From: Carcharhinus amblyrhynchos
Lineage: Eukaryota
DNA length: 64,000 nucleotides
Direction: 5' to 3'
Assembly: GCA_965287045.1 (NCBI GenBank)
Contig: OZ336870.1
Coordinates: forward strand, 15,190,001-15,254,000
Part shown: positions 49,261-61,725 of the stretch, piece after piece
How positions within the stretch are numbered: the first letter of the stretch is position 1
Layout: the number at the start of each line of letters is the position of its first letter
Notes under the pieces: model-generated
The model's input: only the letters and a program-made list of their open reading frames with translations
Told to the model about the DNA's origin: nothing
Database searches by the model: none
Made by a program: the position numbers and the translations under genes

Positions 49261-50459
49261 ATGGTATGTTGCCTCCTTGGTACTAAGGAGCCTTACCTGG
49301 TGTAAGGGATGATGATTATGGTGATTGGAGGTCAATCATCTCAGCTGCAGGTGTCCTATGTGCAACCATCTTCAGCTGCTTCATCAACAACTATTCTTCC
49401 CTTCATAAGGTCAGAAGTGGGGATGTTCGCTGATGATTGCACAATGTTCAATATCATTTATGACTCCTCAGATACAGAAACAAATGCAGGAAGACCTGGA
49501 CAATATGTCGGCTTGGGCTGATAAGTGGCAAGTAACTAGCTGTGCTTTTGGGTAACGGGAGGACACTTAAGACATCCATGTTTGCTATGTTCAAAGATAT
49601 ACTCGTGAGCCGACAAGAACAGTTTCGGTTGCTGGATCTAGCAGAAGCAATTGGTGAATTGCCTTGTTCTTCTTGAAAAGCTCTAGAAGCAACTTACAAT
49701 CTGTGATCATATTAAAATATCTTGTGTAAATGTATTAAGCTTCTTGATGTTGTGGAGAGCAGTCGCCTTTTTTCTATGTGGGAGTAATCTCTTTCTGCAT
49801 CTAACAGGGTTCTTGATGCATAACCAATGTGTCTCTTGGACATGTCATCCATTGTGTGAGATAACGCAATCCCAACCCTACATGTTGATGCATCACATAC
49901 ATATTACCTACTTACAGGGATCAAAATGCACTAATAAGCATGTTAACTGAAGTATCTGCTTAACTTGGTTAAAAGCTTCTTTTTGTGGTGCTTTCCAACA
50001 CCATCTCTAATGCTGTTTTAACAGTGCATGCAATGATGCTAGTAATATGGACAGATTTGAGAGGAACCACCCTTAATTGTTGACCATCCCAAAGAAAGTT
50101 CTGAGGTTTTCCTAGGGGCCGTTGCTTGCTTAATCACTTTCACTTTGTCTTCCATTGGGTGTACACCTTGAACATCAACCCAGTAACCAAAATAAGCCAC
50201 CTCATCTGCTTGGGGGGTGTACTTTCTCTCTTCTTAGGCGCATTCCCACCTTCTGGAATCTCTTCAAAACTTTGTTCAAATATGCCAAATGTTCCTCCTT
50301 GGTGGACGTTTTTGGGACTTCATACAAATGAAAGACCACTCTGGGCAAATCCAGCACAAAACTTTCCACAGTTCACTGTAAGATAGCACCAGCCATCGAA
50401 ACTCCAAACGGTAGACTTGTATATTGATACAGCCCTTTTTATGTATCTGTGGTGACAAA

Positions 50460-51000
50460 GCTTTTCATACGAACATCCTCACTGCTGACCTTCTGATGGA
50501 AGGAAAATCATTGATGAAGCAGCTGAAAATGGTTGGGACTAGGACAAGGTCTGCTTCAATATCTGAAGTGTCACAAATGGTACTTTGTGCAGTCATCAGT
50601 GAACATCCCCAGCCTAATGGAAGGAAGGTCATTGATGAATCAGCTGAATATGGTTGGGTATAGGACAGTACCCTGAAGAACTCCTGCAGCAATGTCCTGG
50701 TGCTGAGATGATCAACCTGCGACCACCCAGCCATTTTCCTTTATTCCAGATATTGACTGCAACCACTGATTCCCATGGACTCGATTTTGCTGGGGCTCCA
50801 TGATGTCACACTCAATCATACGCTACCTTGATGTCAATGGCAGTCACTCTTACCTCAGCTCTGATATTCAGCTCTTTGGTCCATGTTTGAACCAAGGCTG
50901 TAATGAAGTCAGGAGCTGAGTGACCCTGGCGGAACCTAATCTGGGCGTCATTGAGCAGAATATTGCTGAGTAAGTGCCACTGGATAGCACTGTTACTGGT
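50460..51000 (-). mobile_element. Second CR1/L2-group LINE RT fragment with internal duplication
   Basis: VLVPTIFSCFINDFPSIRRSAVRMF; block ggaagg..tcattgatgaa.cagctgaa.atggttggg..taggaca occurs twice. Confidence 0.7.
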
Positions 51001-51880
51001 GGAATGAGAGCACTTCAGAGGAAATTAAGCCCTATCAGCTCAGGAGTAATGACTCAGTTGTGAGGATGGTGTCATCATTTGGGAAGCAAAGTGGGAACCC
51101 GCAAAGCAGGAAGAGAGTTAATGCTTGAGGAATTGCACAGTGCCTGTCCGGCATGTCAAAGATGAAAATGCTAGTGAGAAGCTATATCTGATTGTTACCT
51201 GAACAGGTTAAATTGAGAGGGATGGCTACACAGATTTCTACATTAGTGCTGATATAGAAAGGAATGTCAAACAATGTGGCACTTTCAGCCAAAGCTATCA
51301 GCAATCAGCTCATGAGAATGGCCAGGTTGACCATATTTATGAATTCACATGGATTATGTTGGCCCATTTATGGGTGTGATGTTCCTTTTGTTACTGGATG
51401 CCCCTTTTGAAATGGATGGAGGTATTCAAGATTGGGTCCACAACTTTGCATATCACACTTGAGATGTTGTGTCAACGTTTCACCACCTGCAGTGTACCAG
51501 AAGGACTTGTCAGCGCGGTGGCACAGTGATTCGCACTCCTGCCTCACAGTGCCAGGGACCCGGGTTCGATTCCCGGCTTGGGTCACTGTCTGTGTGGAGT
51601 TTGCACATTCTCCCTGTGTCTGCATGGGTTTCCTCTGCATGCTCTGGTTTCCTCTCAAATTTTTTCACCTAGAGGATGGTGAATGTGTGGAATTCACTGC
51701 CAGAAAGTAGTTGTGGTCAAAATGTATGTGAGTATTAGGTGGATTAGCCAAGCTAAATTGCCTCTTAGTGTCAGGGGACTAGCTAGAGTAAATGTATGGG
51801 GTTATGGGGACATGGCCTCCTTCTACACTGTGAGATTCTATGAAGCCATGATTGTCTCAGACAATGGGACAGCATTCACA
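51000..51880 (+). mobile_element. Gypsy/Ty3-like integrase fossil interrupted by an HE1 SINE
   Basis: Across frameshifts: GRELMLEELHS..GMSKMKMLVRSYI, IHMDYVGPFMGVMFLLLLDA..KWMEVFK, FTTCSVPEGLV [SINE] IVSDNGTAFT. Confidence 0.78.
51513..51842 (+). mobile_element. HE1/V-SINE containing an internal CR1-derived segment
   Basis: A box, B box gggttcgattccc, V-core; 51655-51730 is CR1 3' coding sequence; SINE resumes at ttaggtggattagcc. Confidence 0.82.
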
Positions 51881-51950
51881 AATAACAATGGGACAGCATT
51901 CACAATTAACAATGGGACAGCATTCACAAATAACAATAGGACAGTATTCA
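51861..51950 (+). repeat. 24-bp minisatellite (acaatgggacagcattcacaaata), about 4 copies
   Basis: Directly visible head-to-tail repeats with no spacers. Confidence 0.92.
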
Positions 51951-52439
51951 CAAGGACAGTGGTGTGATTAGGGGAAATTTTTTGAGGAGCTGAAATTCCA
52001 CAAGTCCAATCGAGGCATTCAAGAGAAATTAGATTATCTGGAAATGAGTAATATGCAAGGAGGACAATGCAGAGAACGAGGGAGAGTGGCATTTGTTAAC
52101 CTTTCAGAGAGCCAACACAGACATGACAGGCCAGATGGCCACTAAATGTGCTCTAACCTGTTGTATTATGCCTTTAAGGGATATCATCTTGGCATTGTGA
52201 GAAGGGAAATGTCATGTGATTCAGTCTGTTTCATTTTTGCTTTGATGTCTCCAAACTTTGTGCCATATATAGCTGTTCTCATATGTCTCTTTATAAATGA
52301 ACCCACTACATGTTTGCCCAATCCCTTAGGAGCAATCATTGCCTTGTGTCTTATAGAGTAAATAAGCCCAGTGTATTTTGTCATTATAACACAGCGTGGT
52401 GATCAGTGGTGGTTACAGGTGGCAACAAGATTTAGTACA

Positions 52440-53535
52440 TGACATGAGATGGATAGAAAGCTGGTTCGCAGATAGGAAGCAAAGAGTTGGCATAAATGGA
52501 TCTTTTTTTGATTGGAAGGCAGTGACTAGTGGTACCGCAGGGATCTGTGCTAGGACCCCAACTGTTCACATATATTCATGATTTGGAAGAGGGAACTGAA
52601 TATATTACCTTCAGATTTGCAGTTGATAGAGAATTGGTTGGGAGGGTGAGCTGTGAGGAGGATGCAAAGATGTTTCAGTGCGATTTAAGCAGGCTGAGTG
52701 AGCGGGCATATACGTGGCAGATGCAGTATAATGTGGATAAATGTGAGGTTATCCATTTTGGTAGTAATAATAGAAAGATGGATTGTTACTTGGACAGGTG
52801 TAAATTGAGAGGGATGGCTCCTCAGTGAGACCTTGATGACCTTGTGCATCTGTCACTGAAGGTAAGCACGCAGGTACAGCGGGCAGTAAAGAAGGCAAAT
52901 GGTATGTTGGCCTTCATAGCAAGAGGATTTGAATACAGGGATAGGGATGTTTTGCTGCAATTGTATAGGGCACTGGTGAGACCACATCTGGATATAATGT
53001 GCAGCTTTGGTGTCTTTGTCTGAGGAAAGGTGTCCTTACTATAGACGGAGTATAGTGAAGGGTTGTCAGGCTGATTTCTGTTATATGAGGAGAGACTAAA
53101 TTGGTTAGGACTATATTCACTGAGGTTTAGAAGAATGAGAGAGATCTCATAAAAACTTAATCTCATAAAATTCCAACAGGGTTAGACAGGGTAGATTCAG
53201 AAAGAATGTTCCTGATGGTGGGGGAGTCCAGAACTCGGGATCATAGTTTGAGGATAAGGGATAAACCTTTTAGAACTGAGGTGAGAAGAAATTTCTTCAC
53301 CTATAGAGTGGTGAATGTGTGGAATTCACTACCACAAAGTAATTGAAGTCAAAACGTATGTGATTTTGAGAAGAAATTAGATAAAACTCTTGAGGCTAAA
53401 GGGATCAAAGGATATCGGGAGGATGGTTGGAGGTGGTGTCAGGATATTAAATTTGATGATCAGCCGTGATCAAAATAGCAGAGCAGGCTCAAAGGGCCAA
53501 ATGGCCTACTCCTGCTTGTAGTTTCTAGGTTTCCA
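52440..53535 (+). mobile_element. CR1 LINE 3' portion
   Basis: VPQGSVLGPQLFTYIHDLEEG...WQMQYNVDKCEVIHFG; 3' UTR as in 15570-16585. Confidence 0.87.
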
Positions 53536-54617
53536 TGGCATGAGAAAATCCTCGGCATTTTGGTGCGACTTCACTGTGGTCTGAATGTCAGAAAGTGCGG
53601 AGAATGCAGTATCGTGACAGCGAAGAAAAGCTTTGGAAGCAAAGCATTGACCTAGTGCTTAAGTAACAGCGTTAGCCTTATCTTTTGCTCTCACTTTGGG
53701 CTCCACTCTCATTGAGAATGAGCTTATTCGTGGAGCTTTCCTCTCCTTTGAGTTGCTTAATTGTATACTGTTGTTCATGACTGACTGTGGCTGGACTGCA
53801 GAGCTTTGAGCTGATCCATTGATTGTAGGATTGCATTGCATGTTGCTTTTGCTGTTAAGAACACATCTAGGTTTATATGTTAAAGCTTCATCAACTTGGC
53901 AGCATCTTGATACTGATGTTGCTCTCAGCTTACTCTTTTCTACATGTTTTATTTAAATGGGATTAGTCACGTGGAACAAGTTCTATGCAGGGCCATGAGG
54001 TTATAGATTGTGATATGAAGTTCTGCCACTAATCCCTAACTGTGCCTCTTGGATACCCAATTTTGAGCTGTTAGATCTGTTCCTCATCCATTCCATTTCG
54101 GACGGGGATGTGACAAATGGGGGGGCCACAACTTCCTTGTGAAGATGAGACCTAATCTCCAGAAGAATGAGAAGGTAGCCACTCCTACTAATGCTACCAT
54201 GCACAGGCACATAGAATTGCAAGTTTTAATTTTATTTTTGTTTTTTTTTATTAAACCGAGATTCTAACCATAAGAGTATTGTTCCACATATGTGCCATCA
54301 CTAAAACCACTAGCTTCCACCTCTGCAACTTTGTTTGACACTGTCCCTGCCTTGGCACATCTGCTGAAGCCCTTGCCAGCTGTGGACTTGACTATTCCAA
54401 TACACTGGCCTCGCTCATTTTACTGTCTGTAAACTTGACGTCATCCAAAATTCTGCCGCCCATGACCTAACTGGCACAAACTCTTGGTTCCCCTGTGTTC
54501 GCTGACCTACACTGGCTCCCGGTTAAGCACTACCTACATTTTAAAATTCTTGGCCTTGTTTTCAGAAAGGAAGTTCAACTTTAAGTTATCTGAACAGCAC
54601 TGGAATATTTTTGAGAG

Positions 54618-54828
54618 TGATTTTGTTCATTCGAGGGCTGAGAGCTTCACTGGCAGGGTAGCATTTATTGCTTATCCCTTGTTGCCTTTGAGGAGATGGT
54701 GGTGAGCTGTCTTCTTGAATCACTGCCATCCATGAAAACAGCTGACCACCTTCTCAAGGGCAGTTAGCGGTGGGCAACAAGTGCTGGCCAGCCAGCGATA
54801 CTCACCTCACATGAATAATTTTAAAAAC
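54618..54828. mobile_element. Head-to-head pair of second-family LINE 3' tails
   Basis: Minus tail agcatttattgcttatcccttgttgcctttgaggagatggtggtgagctg and plus tail cagctgaccaccttctcaagggcagttagcggtgggcaacaagtgctggcc. Confidence 0.7.
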
Positions 54829-54914
54829 CCCTATGAGACCCTTTAAAAATCCATAATGTTTTAAATGTTTAAATGGATATGCATTTCAGCTCATCATTTT
54901 CGTTTCTTTTCCAG

Positions 54915-55009
54915 ATACGCTGCTGATTGACTACCAGTTCACCTTTAGCCTCTCTCAAGAGGATGATCGTTACTACACTGCCATCAACTTTGTAGCCACC
55001 CCCGAGGAA
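54915..55009 (+). CDS. ATRN: Attractin exon M
   Basis: ttccag|AT ACG CTG ... GAG GAA|gtaagt; (Y)TLLIDYQFTFSLSQEDDRYYTAINFVATPEE; 95 nt. Confidence 0.96.
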
Positions 55010-55567
55010 GTAAGTATCTCAGGTGACTGACTTTAGGTCTGGCTTTAATCGAGTTCAGTGTCTCTATTAGAAGTGAGTCTGGGTGCCTCAGGCCAGTTTC
55101 TTGCAGACATGTCCACAGGATACAAAATCTCATTAGGCAAAAGCAGCTATTCATTTGATAGAAATCCTGCACGGATGGAGAGAAATGAGGAGTGGGAAGC
55201 ATGTCAAGGTTTCTGATGAAGGCCTGGGCAATGGGGTCGCCCTGCGTGAGGTTTTGTGTTGTTAACTTGGCTGCCTTGTATGTTTTGCAGCCTTCAGTTC
55301 CACTCACTGCTTCATCTTGTGAAGTTGTGAATTCAGAGCTTGAGTGTATAGTGATGCCTGAACCTACTTAAGGTCGTCTTAGCCTGTTTCTTATGCAAAT
55401 CACTTAAAGAAAATCTATAGGTTCTAGGAATACCTCAACATTTTCCAACATGATTCATAGTCATGCAATCCTTGGCACTGCTTATTATTCTCTTCACTCC
55501 AGTAGTGGTTAAGTGTTAATTCTCTGGAAATATTTTTTAAATAAACCTTTTATTCATTCTCTTTCAG

Positions 55568-55646
55568 CAAAACCGAGACTTGGACATGTTTATTAATGCA
55601 TCAAAAAATTTCAATCTCAACATCACGTGGTCCAGTAGCTTTATGG
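55568..55646 (+). CDS. ATRN: Attractin exon N
   Basis: ctttcag|CAA AAC CGA ... ATG G|gtaaga; QNRDLDMFINASKNFNLNITWSSSFM; 79 nt. Confidence 0.96.
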
Positions 55647-56464
55647 GTAAGATTGATGGGTATAGTTATTTAAATATTTTGAGGGGATGTGATTTAACAT
55701 ATTGTGTATTTTTGCATAAGTTAGAAGCAGCAGTTTATGATTTAGCTTGTTTAGTCTTTGGAATGATGTATATCTATCTACCACATTCTTCAGCTCCTGC
55801 CTGATGAGAGCATAAGGGAAAAAAGTAATTTTCCTTCTCTTAGCTATCCAGTGGTTGGACAGATATCAGCAGGCTACTTTACCATTCTGCAAGGAGTACT
55901 TCATAGCTTGGTTTACTTCAACTAAACAATCATTCCAATGTATAAACAGCAGTACAGGGTGTAGTGTGGATTCACCACTTCGTACAAATACTTAAATGAT
56001 TAAAATATGAGATTTAGTTGTTGGAGGATATCGAATAGGAGGGTCTGATCTTAAAGTTAGAGCTAAACCATTTTGGTGTGAAATCGGGGATCACATTTTC
56101 ACACCAACAGTAGTGAAAATCTGGATCTCTATTTCTTTAAAGACTGGGAATGCTGATTCAGTTCAAATCATTTTGATTCATTTATGGGATCTCGGTAACA
56201 ATGGCAAAACCAGCATCTATTACTGACTGCAAGTTGCAAAACTAAATAGCTTGCTAGGCTATGTCATATAGATACAGCCAATAATTATGAAAGTAAATGG
56301 CATTGGACCTATATCGGTGAATGGACTTAAAGTACAAGAGTAAGGAAGTTTGGCTTCAGTTGTATAGGACTTGGTGAGACCACACAGGGAATGCAGGGTA
56401 CACTTTTAGTCTCTGTGTCTAAGGAAGTGGTATCTTTTTGCCTGAGGGGATGCAACAAATGCTA

Positions 56465-59115
56465 GATGAGAGGATTGGTCCATGAAGTGAGTATGACTAT
56501 GTCAGGCTGTTGCTTGGCTAATCTATGGGGAAAGCTTGTGCTATATGGGTAGAACTGAAAAAGAAGACGACTTTGATAGGTTTGAACTGTTGGCCCCCAA
56601 ATAGTCGGCGGGAAATTGAGGAACAAATATGTAAGGAGATTACAGATAGCTCCAAGAAAAATAGGATGGTAATAGTAGGAGATTTTAACTTTCCCAACAT
56701 TGATTGGGACAGCCATAGTATTAGTTGGTTGGATGGAGAGAAGTTTGTTGAGTGTATTCAGGAGGAATTTCTCGTTCAGTATGTGGATGGCCCGAAGAGA
56801 AATAAGATGGCCTCTTGGGAAATAAGAAAGGGCAGATGACAGAAGTGTTAGTGAGGGATCACTTTGGGACTAGTGACCATAATTCTGTTAGTTTTAAGAT
56901 AGCCATGGAGAATGAGATATCTGGCCCAAAAGTTAAAATTCTAAATTGGGGCAAGGCGAATTTCGGTGGTATCAGGCAAGAACTTTCAGAATTTAATTGG
57001 TGGAAGTCTGTGGGCAGGCAGAGGGACATCTCGTAAGTGGGAAGCTTTCAAAAGTGTTAACCAGGGTTCAGGCTAAGCACATTCCTCTTAGAGTGAAGGG
57101 CAAGGCTGGCAGAAGTAGGGAACCCTGGATGACTTGGGATATCGAGGCCCTGGTCAAAAAGAAGAAAGAGGCACATGACATGCATAGGCAGCGGGAATCA
57201 AGTGAATCCCTTGAAGAGTATAAGGGGTGAAGGAGTAAAGTTAAGAGAGAAATCAGGAGGGCAAAAAAGGGGACTCAAGATTGTTTTGGCAGACAAGGCA
57301 AAGAGAATCCAAAGAGCTTCTACAAATACATAAAGGGCAAAAGAGTAACAAGGGAGAAAGTAGGGCCTCTTAAGGATCAACAAGTTATCTGTGCGCAGAT
57401 CCACAAGGGATGGGTCAGATCCTAAATGAATATTTCTCATCAGTATTTACCATTGAGAAAAGCATGGATGTTAGGTTAGGGAACTTGGGGAAATAAGTAG
57501 TGATGTCTTGAGGAGTGTGTATATTACAGAGAAAGAAGTGCTGGAAGTCTTAAAGTGCATCAAGGTAGATAATCCCCACAACCTGACGAAGTGTATCCGA
57601 GGACATTGTGGGAGGCGAGGGGGGAAATTGTGGGTACTCTAGCTGAGATATTTGAATCATCGATAGTCACGGGTGAGGTGCCGGAAGATTGGAGAGTGGC
57701 AAATGTTGTGCCTTTGTTTGAAAAGGGCTGCAGAGAAAAGCCTGAGAACTACAGGCCAGTGAGCCTAACATCTGTGGTGGGTAAGTTATTGGAAGGCATT
57801 TTGAGAGACAAAGTACTTAGAGACGCAAGGACTGATTAGGGATAGTCAGCATGGCTTTGTGAGTGGAAACAAATGTCTCACAAATTTGATTGAGTTTTTT
57901 GAAGGGGTAACGAAGAAAGTAGGTGAGGGCAGTGCAGTTGATGTTGTCAACATGGACTTTAGCAAGGCCTTTTGACAAGGTACCGCATGGTAGGTTGTTG
58001 CATAAGGTTAAATCTCCCGGGGTCAAGGGTGTGGTATCTAAATGGATACAAAATTGGCTTCTTGACAGAAGCCAGAGGTTGGTTGTAGAGGGTTGTTTTT
58101 CAAACTGGAGGTCTGTGACCAGCAGTGTGCCTCGAGTATCGGTGCTGGGCCCACTGTTAGTTGTCATTTATATTAATGATTTAGATGAGAATATAGGGCG
58201 CACGGTTAATACGTTTGCAGTTAACACCAAGATTGGTGGTATAGTGGGTAGTGAAGAAAGTTGTCTCTGATTGCAATGGGATCTTGATCAATTGGGCCAG
58301 TGGGCTGACGAATGGCGAATTTAGACAAATGTGAGGTGATGCATTTTGGTAGATTGAACCAGGGCAGGACTTAGTCAGTTAATGGTAGAGCGTTGGGGAG
58401 AGTTACAGAACGAAGAGATCTAGGTGTACATGTTCATAGCTCCTTGAAAGTGGAATCACAGGTCGATAGAGTGGTGAAGAAGGCATTCAGCATGCTTGGT
58501 TTCACTGGTCAGAACATTGAATACAGGAGTTGGGACGTCTTGTTGAAGTTGTACAAGAGATTGGTAAGACCACACTTGGAATACTGTGTACAGTTCTGGT
58601 TACCCTATTATAGAAAGGATACTATTAAACTAGAGGGAGTGCAGAAGAGATTTACAAGGATGCTACCTGGACTTGCTAGTTTGAGTTATAAGGAGAGGCT
58701 GGATAGACTGGGACTTTTTTTATCTGGACAGTAGAAGGCTGAGGGGTGATCTTATAGAGGTCTGTAAAATAATGAGAGGCACAGATCAGGTAGATGGTCA
58801 ATATCTTTTCCCAAAGATAGGGGAGTCTAAAACTAGAGGGCATAGGTTTAAGGTGAGAGGGGAGAGATACAAAAGTGTCCAGAGGAGCAATGTCTTTCAC
58901 ACAGAGGGTGATGAGTGTCAGAGGTTTTAGTAGAGGGGGGTACAATTTCGTCTTTGAAAAAGCATTTGGACAGTTACATGGGTAAGATGGACATGGATGA
59001 ATATGGGCCAAATGCAAACAATTGCGATTAGCTTGCGGTTTTAAAAACAAAGACAGCATGGACAAATTGGGTCTAAGGGCCTGTTTCCATGCAGGAAACC
59101 TCTGTGACTGTATGA
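56465..59115 (+). mobile_element. Longest CR1 copy: APE endonuclease C-terminus, RT and 3' UTR, degenerate
   Basis: VIVGDFNFPNIDW, DHFGTSDHNSVSF, EVPEDWRVANVVPLFEKG, FDKVPHGRLL, LVRPHLEYCVQFW; many frameshifts. Confidence 0.92.
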
Positions 59116-59504
59116 CTCGACCTTGATATTCGTATACATGTTTTCCAGGATCAGTAGGACTAGGTGTGCCTTTATCATTTCTGATCCCTAGATTGTTATT
59201 GGATGGCCTATCTGGTTTCATTCCTTTCAGACTTTGTAACAGTTTGTAATGGGTTTGCTAGGGCATTTGGAGTCAACCACTTTGATGTAGTTCTGAAGTT
59301 ATATGTAGGCTCAACCAGGTAAGGATATCAAATTCCCTTTTCTAACTGATGGTGAATCAGTTTTTACAACAATCACTGGTAGATTCATGGTCACTGTTAC
59401 TGAAGTTAGATTTTTTAAATTAATTTTTTTGTTAATTTCAATTCCTCCAGCTGCTGTGGTTGGAATCGAACCTATGTCCCCAGATCATTGACCTTGGCCT
59501 CTCT

Positions 59505-59718
59505 AAGTTTATTTATTAGTGTCACAACTAGGCTTACATTCACAGTGCAATGAAGTTACTGAGAAAATCCCCTAGTCGCCACACTCAGGCACCTGTTCGG
59601 GCATACTGAGGGAGAATTTAGCATGGCCAATATACCTAACCAGTCTTTCGGACTGTGGGAGGAAACCCACAGAGACATGAGGAGAATGTGCAGTCTCTGC
59701 ACAGACAGTGACCCAAGT
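59505..59718 (-). mobile_element. V-SINE with alternative tail nested in a second-family SINE
   Basis: aagtttatttattagtgtcacaactaggcttacattcacagtgcaatgaagttactgagaaaatcccctagtcgccacac; host SINE on both sides. Confidence 0.78.
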
Positions 59719-60162
59719 GACCTTGATCACTAAACCAGCCACACAACCACTTTGCCACTACCTCTTTTTCCTTTTTCTTCCTTTAAGATGCTCCTTATAA
59801 TGCCTGTTATTGACCAAACTTTGGGCCACCTTCCCTAATAACTCCTAATTTTGTTTAACAATAAGCTCCAGTGAAATTCCGTGGGATGTTTTTCAATGTT
59901 AAAGACTCTATCTAATTACAAGTTGTTATCTTAGCTGCATATATGACGTGAGTGAACTTGATCAGTGATTTTTATTTTTGGCTATGTTGAGCTATGTGTA
60001 AACATATTCTTTCTCTGCTACGTTGGCTGTATAAAATACATTTAGCTTTATGTTTTTATCTCCATCTCGTGAGTTTTTTTACTAATGCACATTGGACAGT
60101 TTGTGCTTTTGCAAAAGTATACAATTTTTTTGAAAAATGAATTTTGTTTCTGTACTTTATAG

Positions 60163-60320
60163 CGGGCACGCCTCCAGGTGAAGAAATGCCAATTGTTTCA
60201 AAGACTAACATCAAGGAATACAAGGATAGCTTCTCCAACGAAAAGTTTGATTTTCGCAACAATCCCAATATAACCTTCTTTGTCTACGTCAACAACTTCA
60301 CCTGGCCTATTAAGATACAG
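60163..60320 (+). CDS. ATRN: Attractin exon O (last ectodomain exon before the transmembrane exons)
   Basis: ttatag|CG GGC ACG ... ATA CAG|gttagt; (A)GTPPGEEMPIVSKTNIKEYKDSFSNEKFDFRNNPNITFFVYVNNFTWPIKIQ; 158 nt. Confidence 0.96.
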
Positions 60321-60407
60321 GTTAGTTTCTTTGAACTTTCTTCCAGCAAGGATATTTTAAGAAAAATAAAGTTCAGAGGGGTACTTTTTTTAAAAACAAA
60401 ATCACCG

Positions 60408-61725
60408 TTGGCCAATGTTGTCCCTTTGCTTAAGAAGGGAAACAGGGATAATCTGGGAAATTACAGGCCAGTGAGCCTTACGTCAGTGGTAGGGAAATTA
60501 TTGGAGAGGATTCTTATGGGCAGGAGTTATTAGCATTTGGAAGCATCTGGAATTACTGGCAATAGGCAGCATGGCTTTGTGAGGGGGAGGTCGTGTCTCT
60601 CAAACTTTGAATTATAGAATCCCTACGCCAATAACAATCCCACCCAATCCTATCCCCATTACCCCATGTATTTACCCTGCTAATCTCCCTGACACTAAGG
60701 GGCAACTGAGCATGGCCAATCAACTTGCACATCATTGGACGGTGGGAGGAAACTGGAGCGCTCGAGGAAAGCCATGCTGACACAGGCTCCACACAGGCAG
60801 TGACCTAAGGCTGGAAATGAACCTGAGTTACTGGTACTGTGAGGCAGCAGTGCTAACACTGTGCCACCACAGACCATGTTTGAGCTTGTTGAAAAACTTG
60901 GTGAGTTTTTTGAGGAAGTGACAAAGATGTTTGAGGGCAGGGCAGTGGATGTTGTCAACATGGACTTTAGCAAGACCTTTGACAAGGTCCCTCATGGCAG
61001 GTTGATACAAAAGGTGTAGTCACAGGATGTGCAGTGAGCCCATAAGATGGATACAGAACTGACTTGATCATAGAAGACAGAGAGTAGCTGTATAAGGGTG
61101 CTTTTCTGACTGGAGATCTGTGACCAGTAGTGTTCTGTAGGGGTCAGTGCTGGGACCCCTGTTGTTTGTAATATATTTTAATAATTTGGAGGAGAATGAA
61201 GGGTGGTATGATTAGTAGGTTTGTGGATGACACAAAGATTGGGGAAGCTGCAGCTACCAAGGAGGATTGTCAGAGGATACAGCTGGATATAGATAAGCTG
61301 GAGACTTGGATAGAGAAATGGCAGATGGAATTTAATCCAGACAAATGTGAAATGATGCATTTTGGAAGTTGTAATGCAGGTGGGAAGTATATGGCAGAAT
61401 CCTTAGAAGCATTAACATACAGAAAGACATGCAGGTCCACAGTTCCCTGAAACGGCAACTGAAGTGGATAAGGTGGTCAAGAAGGCAGGTGGCATGCTTG
61501 CCTTCATCAGTTGAAGCATAAAGTATAAAAATTGACATGTTATAGCTGTATAGAACTTCAGGCCACATTTGGAATGCTGCATGCAGTTCTGTTTGCCACA
61601 CTACCAGAAGGATGTGGAGGCTTTTGGGGAGGGTACATAAAAGCTTTACCAGTATATTGCCTGTTTGGAGGCTATTAGCTATGAGGTGAGATTGGACAAA
61701 CTTGCCTTGTTTTCACTTGAACATT
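60408..61725 (+). mobile_element. CR1 RT fragment starting about 90 nt after exon O, interrupted by an HE1 SINE (minus, about 60612-60870)
   Basis: ANVVPLLKKGNRDNLGNYRPVSLTSVVGKLLE; DFSKTFDKV; FVDDTKIG...KWQMEFNPDKCE. Confidence 0.87.

Noticed and set aside
51861-51950. CRISPR-like array
   Set aside because: Head-to-tail repeats with no unique spacers, eukaryotic intron, no cas genes.
437-60320. Paralog ATRNL1 instead of ATRN
   Set aside because: Recalled diagnostic segments (SMSHGAKCFSSDF, GGFNSLLLSD, QNRDLDMFINASKNFNLNITW, EKFDFRN) fit ATRN; a phylogeny would confirm.
437-60320. Minor (U12) introns or pseudogenisation of ATRN
   Set aside because: All donors are GT with U2-type context, none has the U12 RTATCCTT signature, and the joined exons have no stops or phase conflicts.
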